DNA of 32,000 nt from contig NZ_LN831039.1 of NCBI RefSeq assembly GCF_001457595.1, positions 2,580,001 through 2,612,000 of the forward strand. The letters are read 5' to 3'. Both the position numbers and the translations under genes were made by a program. Shown here in pieces: positions 27,259 to 32,000 of this stretch (position 1 is its first letter; every line of letters begins with the position of its first letter). The notes below the pieces were generated by a model. It searched no databases. It saw only the letters and a program-made list of their open reading frames with translations, and was not told the DNA's origin. Origin of the DNA: Mycolicibacterium smegmatis. Its GTDB lineage: Bacteria > Actinomycetota > Actinomycetes > Mycobacteriales > Mycobacteriaceae.

Positions 27259-28103
27259 CGACCTCGATTGTGGCGCAACAGGACCACCCGACGGCAGAAG
27301 CCATGGAACCGGCAACCGGCGAGCCGCCTCGCCGTATACGTAAACTGGGCAATTTCGCGATCAGCGGGATCTCGACGGTCCTTCTCCTCGCGGTCCTTCT
27401 CGCGCTGGCAGAGATCGGCGCGCGGGCGGGTCTGTGGACCACGCAGGTGCTGCCCGCGCCGTCGGTGATCACCGCCGAACTTCTCACCATCCTCGGTGAG
27501 CCGCAGTTCTGGGGCGACGCGGGACGCACCGGTGTCGAGGTGGCGTGCGCGATCGTCTTCGGGAGCATCCTCGGTTTCATCGCGGGCCTGATCTTCTGGA
27601 AGGTCCCCACGGTGGGGCGCATCTTCGAGCCGTACCTGGTGTCGTTCTACGCCGTCCCGCTCGTGCTGTTCTACCCGGTGATGATCGTGCTGGTCGGCAT
27701 CAACGCCATGTCGGTGATCATCCTCGCCACCGTGATGGCGGCGATCCCGATGGCGCTCAACACCGCGGTGGGGCTGAACTCCATGCCCGCGGTCTATCTC
27801 AAACTGGCACGGTCGCTGAAGGCATCACCGAAACAGACGCTGTTCGCGATCGCCATACCGGCCGCGGGCCCGTACATCGTCGCGGGGTTGCGCCTCGCGG
27901 TGGTGTACGCACTGATCGGCACGATCGCCATGGAGTTCACGACCGCCCAGGCGGGCCTGGGATACCGCATCCGGTATCTGTACGAGATCTTCGACAACAA
28001 CCAGATGTTCGCCTACATCGCCGTGGTGCTGATCCTCTCGTGTCTGCTGACCGTGCTGCTGGCACTCGTCGAGCGGATCCTGTTGAAGGGGCGGAACAGA
28101 TGA
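27255..28103 (+). CDS. ABC transporter permease, SsuC/TauC-like
   Basis: Multiple TM segments, PLVLFYPVMIVLVGINAMSVIILATVMAAIPMALNTAVGLNSMP and C-terminal AVVYALIGTIAMEFTTAQAGLGYRI; 4-bp overlaps on both sides. Confidence 0.94.
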   Translation: MTTSIVAQQDHPTAEAMEPATGEPPRRIRKLGNFAISGISTVLLLAVLLALAEIGARAGLWTTQVLPAPSVITAELLTILGEPQFWGDAGRTGVEVACAIVFGSILGFIAGLIFWKVPTVGRIFEPYLVSFYAVPLVLFYPVMIVLVGINAMSVIILATVMAAIPMALNTAVGLNSMPAVYLKLARSLKASPKQTLFAIAIPAAGPYIVAGLRLAVVYALIGTIAMEFTTAQAGLGYRIRYLYEIFDNNQMFAYIAVVLILSCLLTVLLALVERILLKGRNR

Positions 28104-28888
28104 GCACCACGATCGAGAACACCCCGAAAACCACTGCGCCTGCGGGGCTGCCGCGGTGGCGCACCCTGCTGGGCAACCAGGCTGTCGGCGCGACGCTGCT
28201 GGCCCTGCTCATGCTGGTCGTCTGGGAGATCTTCTCCGACCTGACGTTTGTGATCCCGTCGCCCGTGCAGACGTTCGGCGTGCTGGTGGACAACCTCTCG
28301 GATCCGGCGTACCTGTTCGACCTGCGGGTCACCGCGCAGTCGGTGTTCCTGGCGTTCGTCATCGGCACCGCCATAGGTGGCGGGCTCGGCCTGCTGCTCG
28401 GGCTGTCCGAACGGTTGCGGGTCATGTTCGAGCCGATGCTGATCATCCTCAACGGGATTCCGAAGATCGTCCTGTACCCCGTGTTGCTGCCGATCTTCAG
28501 CCTGACCGGTTCGAAGGTGGTCATGGGTGTGTTGTTCGCGCTGTTCCCGGTGCTGATCAACGTCTCCACGGGCGTCCAGGAGATACCGCGGGTGTACTGG
28601 AAGCTCGCGCGCTCGGTCCGGGCCGGCCGGTGGCAGACGCTGACCCACATCATCATCCCGGCGATCCGGCGGCCTCTGCTCACGGGCATCCGTCTGGCGG
28701 TGAGCCTGGCCGTGGTCGGCGTGGTGCTCTCCGAGTTCTTCGCCACCCGCCGTGGCCTGGGACGCGTGGTGCTGCAGTCCTACAGCCACGGTGACTATCC
28801 CTCGATGGTCGCCACCATCATGCTGTTGATCACCATCTCGTTCGGAATCTCGATCGTGCTGTGGCAGTGGGAGAAACGACTCCATTGA
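28100..28888 (+). CDS. Second ABC transporter permease, SsuC/TauC-like
   Basis: EPMLIILNGIPKIVLYPVLLPIFSLTGSKVVMGVLFALFPVLINVSTGVQEIPRVYWKLARSV; internal ATG at 28100. Confidence 0.94.
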   Translation: MSTTIENTPKTTAPAGLPRWRTLLGNQAVGATLLALLMLVVWEIFSDLTFVIPSPVQTFGVLVDNLSDPAYLFDLRVTAQSVFLAFVIGTAIGGGLGLLLGLSERLRVMFEPMLIILNGIPKIVLYPVLLPIFSLTGSKVVMGVLFALFPVLINVSTGVQEIPRVYWKLARSVRAGRWQTLTHIIIPAIRRPLLTGIRLAVSLAVVGVVLSEFFATRRGLGRVVLQSYSHGDYPSMVATIMLLITISFGISIVLWQWEKRLH

Positions 28889-31218
28889 CCTCCAACGCAA
28901 ACGGGCGGGGCCTCATCGGCAGTTCGGTGCGGCGCCGTGAGGACGACCGGATGCTCGGCGGCCGCGGACATTTCGTGGCGGATCTGTCCGCGGGCGCACA
29001 CCACGTGGTGTTCCTGAGATCGACCGAACCGCATGCCGACATCACGCGCATCGACACCGCGGCGGCCACTCGGATGCCGGGCGTGATCGGCGTTTTCACT
29101 GCCGATGACCTCGGCATGGCAGGTGCGTGCATCCCGTCGCTGACCACGCCCGATGAAAGTTTCACCGCGGCCACGTCACTCGAACTCGCAGAGCAGCGTC
29201 TGCCTGTCATCGCCTCCGACCGCGTGTACTTCGTCGGTCAACCCGTGGCCGCCGTCATCGCCGAGGACCGCTACCGCGCCGAGGACGCGGCAGAGGCCAT
29301 CGAGGTCGACTACGTGTCACGGCCCGCGGTCGCCGACCCGGCCGAGGCGCTGCAGCCCCGAAGCCCCGTGCTGTTCGACCACCTCGACAGCAACGCCGCG
29401 GCGCGGATCCACTTCGCGTTCGGCGATCCGGAGAGTGCCTTCACCCGCGCGGCCGCGGTGGTCTCGGGGACCTACCGGATGAACAGGCACGGCGCGGTAC
29501 CGCTCGAATGCCGCGGTGTGATCGCCGATTTCGACGTCAGACGACAGCGCGTCGAGATCACCACGTCGACCCAGGTACCGCACATGGTGCGCAACGCGAT
29601 CTGCGCGGTGACGGGATGGTCGCAGGCCGACGTCGTGGTCTCGGTTCCCGATGTCGGCGGCGGATTCGGCACCAAGGCCAACGTCTACGCCGAGGAGATC
29701 CTGCTGGCGCGCCTCGCGCGAGAGACCCGCAGGCGGCTGATCTGGGTCGAGGACCGCCAGGAGCATCTGGTGGCCAGCGCGCAGGGCCGCGACCAGATCC
29801 ACCACACCAGGCTCGCGGTGGACGAGCAGGGCCGCATACTCGCGTGGGCCGACGACTTCGTCGTCGACATCGGTGCGGGCAGCCTGTGGGTTGCGGGGAT
29901 CGTCGCGAACACCGCGATCCATCTGCTCGGTCCCTACCGCGTACCCGCCGCCGAGATCTCCGGGCGCGCGGCGCTGACCAACAAGACGCTCGTCGCGCAG
30001 TACCGCGGCGCAGGGCGGCCCGAGGCGACCTTCGCCCTTGAGCGCAGCCTCGACGCGGCGGCCCGTGAACTGGGGCTGAGCGGTGTCGAGATACGCAGGC
30101 GCAATCTGCTCACGTCCGACGACCTGCCCTACCCACGCCCGATCCCGTACCGCGACGGTGTGCCCATCGAGTACGACGGCGGCGACTACCGCGCCTGTCT
30201 CGAGTCGGTCCTCGAGGCGTTGCCCCGCGACGAGATCGCACGTTGTGCCGCAGAGCATCCGCAGTACCGCATCGGCTACGGGCTGTCGTCGTACCTGGAG
30301 GCCACCGGACGCGGCCCACACGAGACGGCGCGGATCCGGTTGTCGCCCGACGGCCGCTTCGAGGTGACCGCGGGTGCCGCATCGGCCGGGCAGGGTCACG
30401 AGACGGTGTTCGCCCAGGTCGCCGCCGAGGCTCTCGCGGTACCGATGGAACAGGTGATCTACACCCCTGGTGACACCGAGTGGCTCCCCGAGGGCGTGGG
30501 CACGTTCGCGAGTCGTTCGGCCGTCCTGGCAGGCTCCGCCGTGCACAGGGCCGCACGGGAACTCGTCGGCTCGGCGATCGACCGGGTCGCGCGCCTCATC
30601 GGCGCCGATCCCGACGACGTGCAGTATCGCGACGGCTGCTTTTCCGTCGGTGGGAGACCCGCACTCGACTGGGCGGATCTTGTCCGTGCGGCAGGCGTCG
30701 GTGGCGCCCTGGAAACCGGGGGAATGCTCGATGTCAGTGCCGTGCACCGGGTTTCGACGGTGACCTGGACCATGGGAGTGCACGCCGCGATCGTCGGGGT
30801 GCACCGGCGCACCGGCATCGTGAAGGTGCTGCGCTACGCGGTGTCCCACGAGGGCGGGCGCGAGATCAATCCGCAGATCGTGGAGGGCCAGATCATCGGT
30901 GGTGTGGCACAGGGCATCGGCGGAACCCTGTTCGAACGGTGGGCCTACTCCGAAGCCGGGCAGCCACAATCCACGACGTTCGCCGCGTACCACCTGCCGC
31001 TGACCACCGACGTGCCGCGGGTGCGCGTGCGCCATCTGCACGTCGACACACCGGCCAATCCCCTCGGTGTGCGTGGGGTGGGGGAGAGCGGCACGATCGC
31101 GGTCTACGCCGCGGTGGCGTCGGCCGTCGACGACGCTCTCGACGGTCGTGTGCACATCGACACCACGCCCATCGCGACCGGCGACCTGTGCCGCGTACTC
31201 GCAAGGACCGCGTCATGA
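28885..31218 (+). CDS. Molybdenum hydroxylase large subunit (xanthine dehydrogenase/CoxL superfamily, not bona fide CoxL)
   Basis: GLIGSSVRRREDDRMLGGRGHFVADL, VPDVGGGFGTKANVYAEEILLARLARETRRRLIWVEDRQEHLVA, YRGAGRPEATFALERSLDAAARELG, VEGQIIGGVAQGIGGTLFE, GVRGVGESGTIAVYAAVASAV. Likely TTG start at 28885; ORF track starts at 28861. Confidence 0.93.
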   Translation: MTSNANGRGLIGSSVRRREDDRMLGGRGHFVADLSAGAHHVVFLRSTEPHADITRIDTAAATRMPGVIGVFTADDLGMAGACIPSLTTPDESFTAATSLELAEQRLPVIASDRVYFVGQPVAAVIAEDRYRAEDAAEAIEVDYVSRPAVADPAEALQPRSPVLFDHLDSNAAARIHFAFGDPESAFTRAAAVVSGTYRMNRHGAVPLECRGVIADFDVRRQRVEITTSTQVPHMVRNAICAVTGWSQADVVVSVPDVGGGFGTKANVYAEEILLARLARETRRRLIWVEDRQEHLVASAQGRDQIHHTRLAVDEQGRILAWADDFVVDIGAGSLWVAGIVANTAIHLLGPYRVPAAEISGRAALTNKTLVAQYRGAGRPEATFALERSLDAAARELGLSGVEIRRRNLLTSDDLPYPRPIPYRDGVPIEYDGGDYRACLESVLEALPRDEIARCAAEHPQYRIGYGLSSYLEATGRGPHETARIRLSPDGRFEVTAGAASAGQGHETVFAQVAAEALAVPMEQVIYTPGDTEWLPEGVGTFASRSAVLAGSAVHRAARELVGSAIDRVARLIGADPDDVQYRDGCFSVGGRPALDWADLVRAAGVGGALETGGMLDVSAVHRVSTVTWTMGVHAAIVGVHRRTGIVKVLRYAVSHEGGREINPQIVEGQIIGGVAQGIGGTLFERWAYSEAGQPQSTTFAAYHLPLTTDVPRVRVRHLHVDTPANPLGVRGVGESGTIAVYAAVASAVDDALDGRVHIDTTPIATGDLCRVLARTAS

Positions 31219-32000
31219 AACCCGCACCGTTCCAATACCTTCGGCCCGCCACTGTCGCGGAAGCGCTTGAGCAGCTCGCGTCGTACCCCGACGCGAAGGT
31301 GATGGCAGGCGGGCAGTCGCTGATGGCGTTGATGAACCTCCGCCTGGCACGGCCCGGGGTGATCGTCGACATCGGCCGCCTCGACGAACTCCGGCGCATC
31401 TTCGACGACACCGAGGACCTGATCCTCGGCGCGCTGGTCACCCACCGCACCGTCGAGACGGATCCGCTGATCGCGGCGCGGGCCCCGCTGCTCGCCGACG
31501 CGGCCCGCTACATCGGTCACGTCGGTATCCGCAACCGCGGCACGATCGGCGGCTCGGTGGCCCACGCGGATCCCGCGGCCGAGATGCCGTTGTCCACCCT
31601 GGTTCTCGACGCGACGTTCCATGTGGAGTCGGCGACCCGGGGCCGGCGTCAGGTGCGCGCCGAGGACATGTTCGTCTCCTACTTCACGAGTGCGCTGGAA
31701 CCCGACGAGCTGATCACGTGGGTGTCGATACCAGCCGCCCGGTACGGGCAGGGCTGGGGGTTCGTCGAATACGCGCACCAGCACGGTGATTACGGTCTTG
31801 CCGGCGCGGGCGCAGTGCTGGGCCTCGACGCCGACGGCAGGATCTGCGAACTGCGGTGTGCCGTGCTCAGCGCAGCCGACCGGCCACTGCTGTTCGTGGG
31901 CGACGACGCAGTGGGGGAGCGCCCGTCGGCGCGGCTGTGGGAAACGCTGGCAAGCCGGTGGGCCCGGTCCACCGACCCGTCATCCGATGATCCCGACTAC
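31215..32000 (+). CDS. Molybdenum hydroxylase FAD-binding medium subunit (CoxM/CutM-like), runs off window end
   Basis: My translation from ATG at 31215: MKPAPFQYLRPATVAEALEQLASYPDAKVMAGGQSLMALMNLRLARPGVIVDIGRLDELR ... GTIGGSVAHADPAAEMP; frame stays open to 32000, overlapping the upstream stop by 4 bp. Confidence 0.9.
   Translation, partial: MKPAPFQYLRPATVAEALEQLASYPDAKVMAGGQSLMALMNLRLARPGVIVDIGRLDELRRIFDDTEDLILGALVTHRTVETDPLIAARAPLLADAARYIGHVGIRNRGTIGGSVAHADPAAEMPLSTLVLDATFHVESATRGRRQVRAEDMFVSYFTSALEPDELITWVSIPAARYGQGWGFVEYAHQHGDYGLAGAGAVLGLDADGRICELRCAVLSAADRPLLFVGDDAVGERPSARLWETLASRWARSTDPSSDDPDY

Noticed and set aside
25870-27315. 481-aa minus-strand ORF antisense to the SBP/ATPase genes
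   Set aside because: Shadow ORF; the ABC motifs on the plus strand explain the region.
29317-31155. 612-aa minus-strand ORF antisense to the Mo-hydroxylase large subunit
   Set aside because: Shadow ORF; no recognisable motif and full overlap with a convincing gene.
28885-32000. Carbon monoxide dehydrogenase (coxLM) annotation
   Set aside because: Superfamily match only; the CoxL-specific active-site loop is absent, so I use the generic Mo-hydroxylase call.
1-32000. CRISPR arrays, tRNAs/rRNAs, IS elements, prophage or anti-phage defence genes
   Set aside because: Reading the whole window showed no spaced direct-repeat array, no recognisable tRNA/rRNA, no transposase/integrase and no known defence-domain proteins. 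Gene content is fully accounted for by metabolic and housekeeping families.

Overview
The window is high-GC actinobacterial chromosome. Gene content and order (glnD-ffh-amidohydrolase-DD-carboxypeptidases-rpsP-KH-rimM-trmD-lppW-rplS-lepB-rnhB-DUF2469) match the conserved mycobacterial core, and Mycolicibacterium, M. smegmatis-like, is my inference. Roughly the first 13.4 kb is housekeeping. From about 13.4 kb onward it is accessory/catabolic: a dienelactone-hydrolase-like protein, SelO, DUF2237, and a PucR-type regulator divergent from an mmsA-like dehydrogenase plus omega-aminotransferase. These are followed by a NagD-like HAD and a decayed arginase-family gene. The most interesting part is about 22.2-32.0 kb: GntR/FCD regulator, RidA-like protein, a reverse-strand CoxG/SRPBCC protein, then a tightly packed probable operon. 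That operon encodes an LLM flavin oxidoreductase, a small membrane protein, an SsuA/TauA-like lipoprotein, an ABC ATPase, two permeases, a molybdenum hydroxylase large subunit and a truncated FAD-binding medium subunit. A perfect 17-bp inverted repeat (TTGGATA-CAC-TATCCAA) precedes the operon, and a related copy precedes the GntR gene. This supports one regulon, probably for uptake and oxidative catabolism of an unidentified small molecule. I saw no CRISPR array, tRNA/rRNA, IS element, prophage or recognised defence system.
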